A stretch of 64,000 nt of DNA from an uncultured Candidatus Entotheonella sp. (GCA_965215335.1 CBDCDA010000002.1:576001-640000); one strand, 5' to 3'; counted from the first letter of the stretch, positions 30,829-40,358 are shown. Made by a program: numbers and translations. The notes: generated from the sequence alone by a model not told the origin.

Positions 30829-31035
30829 CTATCCGCCGCCGACAGCCTGCACAATCTCGACGCGGTCGCCGGCCTGCAAAACGGTGGCCGCATGGTCTTG
30901 GCGTGGCACGACCGTCATGTTCACGGCCACCGCGGTTCCCTGCCGATCGGCCACGCCCAGGGTTTCGAGCAGGCTGCGCACGGTGCTTGCCTCTGGAATG
31001 GTGCGCTTGTCGCCGTTGACGAGTACGTCGATCAT
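30829..31035 (-). CDS. thiS: Sulfur carrier protein ThiS
   Basis: LVNG, AVAVN..VVPR, GDRVEIV.AVGGG; upstream of thiG. Confidence 0.95.
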   Translation of the reverse strand: MIDVLVNGDKRTIPEASTVRSLLETLGVADRQGTAVAVNMTVVPRQDHAATVLQAGDRVEIVQAVGGG

Positions 31036-31056
31036 CGTGTTTGGCCTACTCCGAAC

Positions 31057-31089
31057 AAAAAAAGCCGCCACGCCAAGGGCGTGCGGCTT
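31057..31089 (-). terminator. Intrinsic terminator in the riboswitch expression platform
   Basis: AAGCCGC...GCGGCTT stem ending in a U7 run on the minus strand, between the aptamer and thiS. Confidence 0.8.
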
Positions 31090-31151
31090 CAGCTTCCGTG
31101 AGGGAGCCATTCTCTTCGCACCCGGCCTGCGGCCCGGCGATGCGTGAATGG

Positions 31152-31249
31152 CGCTTCCCTACGCTGGCATTACCCAGGTCAGGTTCCGAGGGTTGCTACC
31201 AGAGACGTGAACCCGTCCCGGTAACTCTCAGCGTCTCACACCCCTAGCG
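31152..31249 (-). ncRNA. TPP (THI-box) riboswitch
   Basis: Minus strand CTAGGGGTG...GCTGAGA...ACCC..GAACCTGACCTGGGTAATGCCAGCGTAGGGAAG, upstream of thiSGE. Confidence 0.95.
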
Positions 31250-31400
31250 AATGGCCATGAATCTTAACAGAGGCGATCGGTCATTACAAGACTTTGCGAA
31301 GGTTCAGCATATCATGCAGGGTGCCTTTCTGCTTGCAACTGTCCGACGATGGCGGAGCAACGTCGGATGACACTATGCCGATCCACCACCGTGCGAGTCC

Positions 31401-31601
31401 GCGCTTCTTGACGAGGTCGCACGCGGGGAAACCATCATTATGACCAAACGGGGGCGCCCGGTGGCCCGATTGACAGCACCCGAAGCGCCCGACCGAGAAG
31501 CGGCGGCTGCCGCAGCCAAGGCCCTGCGTAACTTGCGCAGCCGTATTGGCTGGGCCATCACCGAGGATATTCTTCAGATGCGTGACGAAGGCCGGCGTTG
31601 A
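31401..31601 (+). pseudogene. Phd/YefM antitoxin, 5'-truncated
   Basis: ALLDEVARGETIIMTKRGRPVARL...MRDEGRR*; no start codon at the expected 5' end (in-frame TGA at 31368). Confidence 0.75.
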
Positions 31602-31688
31602 AAGCACCCGCAACAGCGACCTCTTGCCACCCTTGACCGCAAACTCAGCACCGCGGCACAGGCTGAGGAACTGACGCTGTTGGCATGA
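31602..31688 (+). pseudogene. VapC/PIN toxin C-terminal remnant
   Basis: RPLATLDRKLSTAAQAEE.. resembles a PIN C-terminus; directly after the antitoxin. Confidence 0.55.
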
Positions 31689-31689
31689 G

Positions 31690-31969
31690 TACAATATGAT
31701 GAGGGCTTCCTCAGCCTCGCCGAGAAGTGTCGAGCGCGGTTGTCCGGGTCCTGTCTTGTGATCTTCGACGGTGTTTCGCTTTCGCCATTTTCGGACGGTC
31801 TTGGGGTTGATGCCGCAGGTTTGGCTCAGTTCCTTGAGCGAAGCTTTCGATCGCTGTATTGCTTTTCTGACGGCGTGCGTGGTCGTGGCGCTGCCGTGAA
31901 GTACCTGTCCCCTGGTGCCTCCTTCGATTGCACGGAAAGGATCGTACCATCAATCCATGGGACTGTACA
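31690..31969 (-). mobile_element. IS481-family remnant (left end plus N-terminal transposase fragment)
   Basis: TGT terminus; GQVLHGSATTTHAVRKAIQRS...GINPKTVRKWRKR; start codon position reads AGG. Confidence 0.8.
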
Positions 31970-32044
31970 CTTGACCGTCCGACCTTTGCCTCCCTGTCAT
32001 GATCCGACGCCTGGCATGAAAGGGCCTGGTTGGACACATGCACC

Positions 32045-32073
32045 TTGACTCGGCAAGGTCCTGCTTCTACACT
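32045..32073 (+). promoter_or_regulatory. sigma70-like promoter for the repeat protein
   Basis: TTGACT-17 bp-TACACT. Confidence 0.55.
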
Positions 32074-32136
32074 GCCACCCCTCCTTTCCACAGGCGGAAA
32101 GGACACGTCATCAACTTCAGGTGAAGGAGAAAGGTT

Positions 32137-33561
32137 TTGACACGACTCGTGAAGGGTCTCTTGTTGGCAGGCTTGGGGTGTGCGGTGATACTGGGTTCCT
32201 CTTTCCGCCCTCCCGTACAGGCTCAGACCGACTCTTTGACATCGGCGGAGATCTCGGACCTCAGAAAACTGCTGTCCTGCATCAAGGCCATATCCGTTAC
32301 GGGACGAGCGGACTCGTTGCCGGCCTACGATGTCGTCTTCGAGGGCTGCAACGTGCACGTGCGCAACAGTCTCGGCAGGACTGACAGGGCCAACGGCGTC
32401 GGCAATCTCATCGTTGGCTACAATGAGGATGATGTCCGGGTCACCCCGGATTCGGAGGATGGCGATTTCGGCACCAACGACCGGAGTGGGTCGCATAACG
32501 TGGTGATCGGCCCGGAGCATACGTATTCGAATTACGGGGGGTTGGTGGCGGGCTTCCGCAACACCATCAGCGGCGCGTATGCCAGCGTCAGCGGCGGCAA
32601 CAACAGTGAAGCCAGCGGTTGGGGCTCCAGTGTCAGCGGTGGCCACGGCCACGAGGCCAGTGGTCTGGGTTCCAGTGTCAGTGGCGGTACCGGCAATACA
32701 GCCAGCGGCAAGGAGGCCAGCGTCAGCGGCGGTGAAAACGGCGAAGCCAGCGGCATGCGGGCCAGTGTCAGCGGCGGTCATAGGAACGAAGCCAGCGGCT
32801 GGGTTAGCAGCGTCATCGGCGGTGGCGACAACGAAGCCAGCGGTCCTGGTTCCAGTGTCAGCGGTGGTGGGGGCAACATCGCCAGCGGCATGTGGGCCAG
32901 TGTCAGCGGTGGTACCACCAATACAGCCAGCGGCGAGCGTGCCAGCGTCAGTGGCGGTTATAACAACGAAGCCAGCGCCCTATATGCCAGCGTCAGTGGC
33001 GGTAATAACAACGAAGCCAACGGCTATTCTGCCAGCATCAGTGGCGGTCACAGCAACGAAGCCAGCGGCTCTTCTGCCAGCATCAGTGGCGGCAGCCACA
33101 GCATCGCCAGCGGCGCGTATGCCAGCGTCAGCGGCGGTTGGAACAACGAAGCCAGCAATACGGGTTCCGGTGTCAGCGGTGGTGCCAACAATACAGCCAG
33201 CGGCATCAATTCCAGCGTCAGCGGCGGTGACAACAACGAAGCCGGCGGCAAGCGGGCCAGCGTCAGCGGTGGTCTTCGAAATACAGCCAGCGGCGAGCAG
33301 GCCAGTGTCAGTGGCGGTAATTACAACAAAGCCAGCGGCAAGCAGGCCAGTGTCAGCGGCGGTCATACAAACGAAGCCAGCGGCAAGCAGGCCAGTGTCA
33401 GCGGCGGTCTTCACAACGGAGCCAGTGGCCTGCTCTCCAGCGTCAGTGGCGGTCGTGGCAACGAAGCCAGCGGCCTTCAGTCCAGCGTCAGTGGCGGCCG
33501 CGAGCGTACGGCTGCCGGCCCGACGAACTGGAGAGCCGGCGATCTATTTGAAGACTATTGA
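32137..33561 (+). CDS. Secreted Gly/Ser-rich 15-aa repeat protein (predicted beta-solenoid)
   Basis: Signal peptide (VQA/QT); 21 repeats of (A/S)SVSGGxxNxASGxx. Confidence 0.85.
   Translation: MTRLVKGLLLAGLGCAVILGSSFRPPVQAQTDSLTSAEISDLRKLLSCIKAISVTGRADSLPAYDVVFEGCNVHVRNSLGRTDRANGVGNLIVGYNEDDVRVTPDSEDGDFGTNDRSGSHNVVIGPEHTYSNYGGLVAGFRNTISGAYASVSGGNNSEASGWGSSVSGGHGHEASGLGSSVSGGTGNTASGKEASVSGGENGEASGMRASVSGGHRNEASGWVSSVIGGGDNEASGPGSSVSGGGGNIASGMWASVSGGTTNTASGERASVSGGYNNEASALYASVSGGNNNEANGYSASISGGHSNEASGSSASISGGSHSIASGAYASVSGGWNNEASNTGSGVSGGANNTASGINSSVSGGDNNEAGGKRASVSGGLRNTASGEQASVSGGNYNKASGKQASVSGGHTNEASGKQASVSGGLHNGASGLLSSVSGGRGNEASGLQSSVSGGRERTAAGPTNWRAGDLFEDY
32581..33525 (+). repeat. Coding tandem repeat, 21 x 45 bp
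   Basis: Units begin (G/T)CCAG(C/T)(G/A)TCAG(C/T)GG at 45-nt spacing from 32581 to 33481. Confidence 0.92.
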
Positions 33562-33669
33562 TGTGGGACAGGGCGGACTTCGACATCCATGAGGCCGCCC
33601 GCGAACGGAACCAGCCGGCAAGTTGGCTGGTTCCCTCTCGTTCAGGGAGCAGCATTGCGAGTGACCTTG

Positions 33670-34036
33670 ATCCAAGCCAAGTCAGGGCGGGCCGCCACGC
33701 CCGGAGCTGACGCTTGATGACGTCCTGGCAGCAAACTCCTCAACTCCGGCCGGCCGTCTGGTCTTCGGCATCTTCGCCGCCCTGCGGAGTTCGAGCACGA
33801 ACTGCTCCGCGAGCGCACCTGCCGGACTCGAGGCCGCCCGTGCCAGGGAGCCGAAAGGGCAGACAGCAGTGCGCTCTCAGCAAGGCGCAGGTGCGCCTTG
33901 CCCAGGCCGCTATGAAGAGCCGCGATATCCCGGCTGCCGAACTCGCCGCGGAGCTCCGTGTCAAGCCGGTTACGCTGTACCGTTACGTCGGGCCGAAAGA
34001 GGAATTGCGCGCAAACGGGAAACGTGTCCTTAACGT
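33670..34036 (+). pseudogene. Serine recombinase/resolvase (TnpR/TniR-like), frameshifted
   Basis: GRLVFGIFAAL / EFEHELLRERT / GLEAARAR fragments in different frames; C-terminal HTH ELRVKPVTLYRYVGP. Confidence 0.75.
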
Positions 34037-34038
34037 TA

Positions 34039-34814
34039 GCTCAGGACCCATAACCAGAAGATGACCGTGGCAGCAAGGCAGATGGCACTGAAAAAGGGGT
34101 GCGCACACCGGTCATGGCGCGTGGCGATGCGACGCCAATCCTCGAGTCTGCCAAACAGACGCTCGATGAGGTTACGACTCTTCTAGAGCTCGCGGTCATG
34201 GACAATCGGCTCTTTACGATTGGCACGGCCCGGAATACACGACGCCATGCCTCGCCTGGCAAGCGCCCGGCGCAACCGGTCGCTGTCGTAGCCCTTGTCG
34301 GCTATCAGGACCCCGGACGCCGGTAGAGCAGGCACAATCGTATCAGCCCCGCGATAGTCGCTGACCTGACCCGCCGTCAACAACAGCACGATGGGCTTGC
34401 CATCGCCGTCACAGACCGCATGGAGCTTGGAGTTCAGACCGCCTCGGGTGCGCCCGATCTGACGCGGAAAAGCCCCTTTTTCAGCAGGCAGCGGTGCGAC
34501 GCGCCTTGATATGGGTGCTGTCGATCATCACGGTTTCGGTCTCGGTGCTTTCTGAGGCTAGGGTCTGGAAGATACGGTCGAACACCCCGGTCTTGCTCCA
34601 GCGCACGAAGCAGTTGCAGAGGGTCTTGTGCGGTCTGTAGCAGGCGGGGGCACGCGCCATATGAGGCCGCTGATGACCTTTCGGTCATCGACGCGTGGGA
34701 CGCCGCGCACCTTGTTGGGCGGCAGGGGTTGAAGTCGGGCAAACTGCGCATCGGAGAGCCAGAAGTGATGATCGGGCATGATGAGCCTCCCCGGAGTCAG
34801 AGTCTTGAATCCGA
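34039..34814 (-). mobile_element. Degenerate IS5-family (IS427-like) element
   Basis: MPDHHFWLSDAQFARLQP..RGVPRVDDR and ADKGYDSD fragments; diverged, deleted copy of the IS at 56400. Confidence 0.85.
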
Positions 34815-34850
34815 TCGGAACCTGCAAGCCAATTATGAACCTCTCATCAG

Positions 34851-36167
34851 CAATACTTCGGACAGTTTTGACAGCTAGGTAGCCGCACGGGTTCTCCAAT
34901 TCTATAGTTGTGTAGCCAACGCAACTGAGAATGGAGGCGCCCCGTGCGACTGCTTCAAAGTGTACTGCCGACCTTGGCCCAAACCAAGAAACCGCAACGC
35001 AAATTCGTCGCCCATCTCTTGGGACTTCTCCTGATGCTTCCCGGACACGCCACGTTTCGCAATCTCAGCCGCTACAGTCCATATCACGAGCGCACCTTTG
35101 CGCGCTGGTACGACCGACCCTTCGACTTTGTCGCACTCAACAAGGCGGCCATTACCCAGGTCATCCCGCCTGATCATCAACAGGCTCTGGTCATCGATGC
35201 CAGCTTCATCCCCAAAAGTGGCAACCACACCTATGGTCTTGAACCCTTCTGGAATAGTGGCCACCGGCGCAGTGAAAAAGGTCTGGAAGTCTCTGCGGTG
35301 GCCTGGCTCGACCTCACCGACAGATGCGCCTATGGCCTCAGTGTTGAGCAGACACCGCCGAGCGACAAGACCTCTGAGGTGCAAGGCACCCGTATCGATG
35401 CCTGGCTGGAGCAATTGCGAGGCGTGGTCTGTGGCCACCAACTCCATCATCTACGCTATGTGATAACGGACGGCTATTACAGCAAACGTAAATTCCTTGA
35501 CGGACTCCGCGCCCTGGGGCTGCATCAGATTGGCAAGCTGCGCCGTGACGCCAATCTGCGCTATCTCTACCAAGGACCGAGGCGCCCAGGACCCGGGCGA
35601 CCCAAGACTTATGACGGCAAGGTCCATTGGGATGACCTGGCACGCTTTGAGCGTGTAGCGAGCGAAGACGCCGCCGTCGTGCTCTATCACCAAGTCCTCA
35701 ACCACGTGCATCTTCGGCGCAATCTGCGTGTGGTGCTCGTGGTCGATACCCGCACTCACCGGCGGGCGGTGTTGTTCAGCACCGACACCGACATGGATGC
35801 GCAGGCGCTTTATCGTAGCTACAAAGCGCGCTTCCAGATCGAATTTCTCTTCCGAGACGCCAAGCAGTTTACGTCTTTGAGCGCCTGTCAAGCGCGTTCA
35901 CAAGCCAAACTGCATTTTCACTTCAATGCGAGCCTGAGCGCTCTGACCTTGGGCAAACTGGAAGCTCGGCAGCAAAGCGGCGTTAGCCAGGCAGGGTTTT
36001 CCATGGCGAGTGTCAAACGGCGCGCTTTCAACCAACATCTGCTTGAGCGAATTTCTCAGCATCTAGCCGAAGGGCATAGCCTGGAAAAATCCAGCCCCGA
36101 ATACCAAGACCTTTGCAACTATGGCACGATCGCTGACAGGGCGGCCTAAATTCTGTCCGACCTATTG
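34851..36167 (+). mobile_element. IS701/IS4-like insertion sequence, apparently intact
   Basis: Imperfect terminal IRs CAATACTTCGGACAG / CTGTCCGACCTATTG; no target duplication seen. Confidence 0.8.
34944..36149 (+). CDS. DDE transposase
   Basis: IDASFIPKSG, TDGYYS, YKARFQIEFLFRDAKQ (YREK). Confidence 0.9.
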   Translation: MRLLQSVLPTLAQTKKPQRKFVAHLLGLLLMLPGHATFRNLSRYSPYHERTFARWYDRPFDFVALNKAAITQVIPPDHQQALVIDASFIPKSGNHTYGLEPFWNSGHRRSEKGLEVSAVAWLDLTDRCAYGLSVEQTPPSDKTSEVQGTRIDAWLEQLRGVVCGHQLHHLRYVITDGYYSKRKFLDGLRALGLHQIGKLRRDANLRYLYQGPRRPGPGRPKTYDGKVHWDDLARFERVASEDAAVVLYHQVLNHVHLRRNLRVVLVVDTRTHRRAVLFSTDTDMDAQALYRSYKARFQIEFLFRDAKQFTSLSACQARSQAKLHFHFNASLSALTLGKLEARQQSGVSQAGFSMASVKRRAFNQHLLERISQHLAEGHSLEKSSPEYQDLCNYGTIADRAA

Positions 36168-36286
36168 GTGATTTAAAACAGCGCGAAAATCGCGGTCGGC
36201 CACCGAACACGGCTAAATATCGCCGACGCCCCTGCCTGTAATATTGTGGCAATAGGCATAACAGCTTGAAAACAAAGATATATTAG

Positions 36287-36846
36287 GGCATCTCTAATAA
36301 TACCCATCTCCCACTTGGTTTAGAATCACTGAGGCACGTTACCACGGTTACCGAAGGCCAGAGGAGTTGCCCCTGTCTCAGATGGGCTTTTTCGATGTCG
36401 AGAATCGCTACGCCGCTTTGGACGCCAAGCATGACCCCTTGGTTAAGATCAATGCCCTCGTGCCATGGGAAACGTTCCGCAGCCGCCTGGAGGCACTCTG
36501 GCGCAAGCCACCCGACCAGCGTAAGTCCAATGCAGGTTGCAAACCCCGGGACGCCATCGTCATGTTCAAGGCCATCGTGCTGTGCGCCCTCTACAATCTG
36601 TCCGATGACCAAGTGGAGTACCAGATGCGCGACCGTCTCTCCTTTGTGCGCTTCCCCGGATCAAGTCCGGGGCAGGCTCTGGGACTGGCGCTTGCAGACA
36701 AGATACCCAACGCCAAGACGGTGTGGCTCTACCGCGAACAACTCTCACAGGCTGGTGTGATCGACGCCTTATTCAACGACTTTGACAACTATCTCAACAC
36801 CCAGGGCTACCAGGCAAGGGGTGGCCAGATCATGGATGCGTCGATT
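36287..36846 (+). mobile_element. IS5-family element, 3'-truncated (transposase from 36367)
   Basis: End-like GGCATCTCTAATAA; DPLVKIN..VPWE.FR, YNLSDDQVEYQMRDRLSF, GGQIMDAS, then abrupt break. Confidence 0.8.
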
Positions 36847-36910
36847 AGGGAAACTTTCATGCACGGTTCTTGGGTGAGGGGGTGTCAGTGATGGCACCTC
36901 GTTACCCGGC
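36847..36910 (+). mobile_element. Group II intron 3' remnant (partial domain V plus domain VI)
   Basis: GGGAAACTTTCATGCACGGTTCT followed by GGGTGAGGGGGTGTCAGTGATGGCACCTCGTTACCCGGC. Confidence 0.7.
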
Positions 36911-36913
36911 AGC

Positions 36914-38212
36914 TAAGGAATTTGTCGCAAATTAGTTTTTCATGTTTTGAGTTTTGTGTTTCAATTGTTCCATGAGGCGCGATCACGAACTCGAAGCCAC
37001 CATTGTTGAGAAGTACGCGGCGATCGAAGCGTTTCTTGATGAGCGTGGGCGTCGTATCTGGGCAGCCACGGAGTCGCGTGCCATCGGCTATGGAGGAGAT
37101 GCCCTGGTGTCGGATGCGACAGGATTGTCGCGCCCGACCATTCGGGCGGGACGCCGAGAGCTGGCAGGTGGTGGCACTGAGTTTGGCCGGGTGCGCCGAC
37201 CGGGCGCTGGACGACCGGGCATCGAGCAGTCTCAGCCGGGCATCAAGCAAGCGCTGGAGCAGTTGGTTGATCCGTTGACTCGCGGCGACCCGCAGTCGCC
37301 GTTGAGGTGGACGTGCAAGAGCAAAGCGAAGCTCACCGTGGCGCTGTCGAAGGCTGGCTGGAAGGTCAGTTCGACGACGGTGGGCCGTTTACTGCATGAG
37401 CTCGGCTATCGCCTGCAATCGGTGCGCAAGAGTCGAGAAGGGGCGTCGCACCCCGATCGCAACGCACAGTTCGAACATATCAATTCAAAGGCAGATGAGT
37501 TTTTGCAACGCGCTCAGCCGGTGGTATCGGTCGACACCAAGAAGAAGGAGTTGGTGGGTGATTTCAAGAACGCTGGCCGGGAGTGGCAACCGAAGGGGCA
37601 GCCCGAGCAATCACGGGTTCACGACTTTCCTCAGGACGCGACGGGCAAGGCCATTCCCTATGGCATCTATGATATGGGAGGCAACGAAGCATGGGTCAGT
37701 GTTGGGTGTGACCACGACACGCCGGCGTTCGCGGTGGCCTCGCTGCGGCGGTGGTGGGACGAGATGGGCAAGCGTCGCTACTCCGAGGCTCGTGAGCTAT
37801 TCATCACTGCCGATGCGGGCGGTAGCAACGGGTATCGCTGTCGCGCCTGGAAGCACGGACTGCAACAGTTTGCCGACGAGACGGGTGTGCGCATCCACGT
37901 CAGCCACTTCCCGCCCGGTACCAGCAAATGGAACAAGATCGAGCATCGTCTGTTCTGCCACATCACGCAGAATTGGCGAGGCAAGCCGTTGCGGACCTTT
38001 GAGACCATAGTCGATTTGATCGGCAATACGCGTACCAACGCAGGTCTTCGGGTCAGAGCCGAACTTGACGCAAGAACATACCCGACCGCAGTGGTGACGA
38101 CGAACGCCGAGATGGACGCCCTGTCGCTCCATCGCAACGCGTTCCACGGCGACTGGAACTATGAGTTACACCCACGATGAAGTTGGAAACCTAAATTGGA
38201 TCAAATTCCTTA
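36914..38212 (+). mobile_element. ISAzo13-family insertion sequence
   Basis: Perfect IR TAAGGAATTTG / CAAATTCCTTA flanking the transposase. Confidence 0.88.
36972..38180 (+). CDS. ISAzo13-family transposase
   Basis: GDPQSPLRWT, SVDTKKKELVG, ADAGGSNG, PPGTSKWNKIEHRLF, FHGDWNY. Confidence 0.93.
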   Translation: MRRDHELEATIVEKYAAIEAFLDERGRRIWAATESRAIGYGGDALVSDATGLSRPTIRAGRRELAGGGTEFGRVRRPGAGRPGIEQSQPGIKQALEQLVDPLTRGDPQSPLRWTCKSKAKLTVALSKAGWKVSSTTVGRLLHELGYRLQSVRKSREGASHPDRNAQFEHINSKADEFLQRAQPVVSVDTKKKELVGDFKNAGREWQPKGQPEQSRVHDFPQDATGKAIPYGIYDMGGNEAWVSVGCDHDTPAFAVASLRRWWDEMGKRRYSEARELFITADAGGSNGYRCRAWKHGLQQFADETGVRIHVSHFPPGTSKWNKIEHRLFCHITQNWRGKPLRTFETIVDLIGNTRTNAGLRVRAELDARTYPTAVVTTNAEMDALSLHRNAFHGDWNYELHPR

Positions 38213-39062
38213 GGATGCCCGGGTCCAGAGGCCTGAAACAGCCTACTCCCGATGAATGTGGGTCTTTATCCGGCCAACCCGCGTCGTCCGGGAAGAAAAG
38301 CAAGGAACGATTCGTGTTATGCCCTTTGACTGTGTCACGGTCTACGATTGTCCAGCTTGACGAGTTGCCCCATTGCATGAGCCAGTAAACGGTGGCGGTT
38401 GCTGCCGCGCCAGCGCCGACCATGAGGCCCCGACCTACATCAATGCTGGGTAGATCTCTAGGTCCAGGGTCCGCGTCTGCACCGCTTTGGAGGTTCCACG
38501 CGGAAATAGTTGTTGGAACGGTTTCGATGCTCAGCGTACGCTTGATCGCGGCAGCGGCTCCAAGCAACGCCGCGAGGCCGGCTCCCCTGAGATCCGAAGA
38601 TACGTCGCGGCCTAGTCCACATGGAACTGCCGCCAATTCCGCATTCGATCGGTTGCATCCGAGGTACCAAGTCAGGCCGGATTGGCAGTAGGCACCGATT
38701 CCAATGGAGATTGCGCTCGGGACAAGTTGTGGGTGGTCAAGCTCAAATATCCCATAGGGGTCGATGCGCCTCGTCAGTCTATGTATCTCATCGCCGACAC
38801 TGGACCCGCCACATAAAGCGGGGATCAGCAGGGGCGCGCCGGGTGCGGAAAGTGCGAAGCGCAGTTCACGATGCACTCGTGCAAGTTGATTCGCGAGTGT
38901 CACCAGAAGCAGTTGTCCTGATCGTGTCTCGCAGGCATCGGCGGAGGCGTGAAGCGATACCGGCATCAGCGCTGGGGAGGCGTCCCCCAGATAATCTTCG
39001 GTTCGGGAGTCCCGTTCGCGATAGAAGCGTTCGGATTGCGCAATGTAGTTATCATCAGTCAT
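38213..39062 (-). pseudogene. E1-like (ThiF/UBA) ubiquitin-activating enzyme, C-terminally truncated
   Basis: N-terminal degenerate adenylation domain, then MVGAGAAA...IVDRD.V...NTNR; the frame then runs into IS sequence. Confidence 0.8.
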
Positions 39063-39591
39063 GGAAATAGCCAGTCTTGAATGAAGCCGAAATCGAATTC
39101 CGTTCGCACAGCACCCAGCGGTGGCCCTGGAACTGATGAATCGAGAAATCTGTTATCGACTTCAGAGTGCGTCCGTAATGCGGGGCTACCAAGGACAGCA
39201 TGTTTTCGAATGGCATCACCACGAGGTCATCGTCGCCATCAGAATGTTGTGTGTCACGGCTAGGGTGGCTGTGAACCTGAGCAAGAATGCCCAAGTCCAT
39301 GGCGCGTGCGCAACGGGCCACCTCAGCAAATGCCGCTTCCGAAACGAACACGCCGAACCGACTGTGGCTAGAGTTCGGTACTATAACGGCTTCCAGCCTC
39401 GTCAGACCGGGATCTTCGCGTCCGGCCCAATAGCAGATACCTTCATGACCCCCTTCGTGACGGCCGGCTTCGTCAAACCCACGAAGCGCCCTTTGCGTAT
39501 CTTCAATGAGACTGTCGGCAAGGCTGTAACAGCCGCGCAATACACCGCGGGGCAGAGGACGCGTCCGATGTACTGTCATTTCATACGGCAT
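39055..39591 (-). CDS. JAB/MPN+ metalloprotease (deubiquitinase-like)
   Basis: HEG..YWAG and QVHSHP....HSDGD JAMM motif. Confidence 0.88.
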   Translation of the reverse strand: MPYEMTVHRTRPLPRGVLRGCYSLADSLIEDTQRALRGFDEAGRHEGGHEGICYWAGREDPGLTRLEAVIVPNSSHSRFGVFVSEAAFAEVARCARAMDLGILAQVHSHPSRDTQHSDGDDDLVVMPFENMLSLVAPHYGRTLKSITDFSIHQFQGHRWVLCERNSISASFKTGYFHD

Positions 39592-40067
39592 TGGGTAAAG
39601 CCGAAATCACGCAGGATTGACTGCAGCATGTCGCCGATTGTCATAGCGCTTACGTACCCCGGCCCAGCCGTCATCCACTGGGCCGGATCGCCCCAGTTGG
39701 AATGGGGACCGTCATGAGTGCCGTACGCTAAGCGATTGAAGGGTGCGCAAATGATGCCCCGATTCTTGTGCCGAAGAAACATGGAACTTCCAAACGGTGT
39801 ATCCCGAGGCCCGGGGCTCAGGTACAATCCATCAGTCGTCGACCAGCCTTCGTCTCGCCATTCCCAAATCGGGGGTAATTCCTTGTAATCGTCAAAATTA
39901 CCCTGAAGGTAGAATTTTTCGCCTTTGCCCTGCTGTACCAGTGCAACACGGATAATCCTTTCTGCGAGCAACCGGGTGTCCAAGGCGATCTGATGGCGTT
40001 CTGCCCACGCCCACACACCCGGCAACTCGCTTGCTATCGCAGCGTCGGTGACTGCAGATGGAAGCAT
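39576..40067 (-). CDS. Prokaryotic E2-like conjugating enzyme
   Basis: FDDY.ELPP.W E2-type segment; candidate catalytic Cys in IICAPFNR; position between Ubl and JAB. Confidence 0.72.
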   Translation of the reverse strand: MLPSAVTDAAIASELPGVWAWAERHQIALDTRLLAERIIRVALVQQGKGEKFYLQGNFDDYKELPPIWEWRDEGWSTTDGLYLSPGPRDTPFGSSMFLRHKNRGIICAPFNRLAYGTHDGPHSNWGDPAQWMTAGPGYVSAMTIGDMLQSILRDFGFTQCRMK

Positions 40068-40073
40068 CCTGAA

Positions 40074-40358
40074 TTACACCCCGCCGCCTTTGTCGGTCAA
40101 CTCCAACCGGTCGAAATCTCGGACCCCTTCTTCAATCAGGGTCTTTTCCCGGTCCAGCACTTTCCCGTCCTTGTTTTGAAAAGTCGGATTTCCAGCTTCA
40201 TAGTCAAATTCCTTGGCCGCTTCGTCAGCCGCTTCGCCGACTCGAAGCGACTTGGTCCACGAGAACTTTTTGGGCTGCGGGACACGCGGCGAGAAGACCT
40301 CTACAGTCAGTTCGCCGGCGCCCACGGCGCGATCAGCGGTTGCTGTTCCTTCCTTCAT
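40074..40358 (-). CDS. Ubiquitin-like (beta-grasp) protein
   Basis: 94 aa; VLDREKTLIEEGVRD.DRLEL resembles the ubiquitin L.D..TL..YGI...L pattern; ends GGGV. Confidence 0.8.
   Translation of the reverse strand: MKEGTATADRAVGAGELTVEVFSPRVPQPKKFSWTKSLRVGEAADEAAKEFDYEAGNPTFQNKDGKVLDREKTLIEEGVRDFDRLELTDKGGGV

Noticed and set aside
30829..31035. ThiS (GG-tail) as substrate of the island E1/JAB system
   Set aside because: It sits in thiSGE under a TPP riboswitch, and the island has its own Ubl
31260..31700. tRNA/att site or integrase at the island's left border
   Set aside because: No cloverleaf, no tyrosine recombinase and no repeat matching the right border were found by eye
32581..33525. Possible CRISPR array (regular 45-bp periodicity)
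   Set aside because: The units vary at synonymous positions, keep one open frame, and have no unique spacers or cas genes; this is a coding repeat
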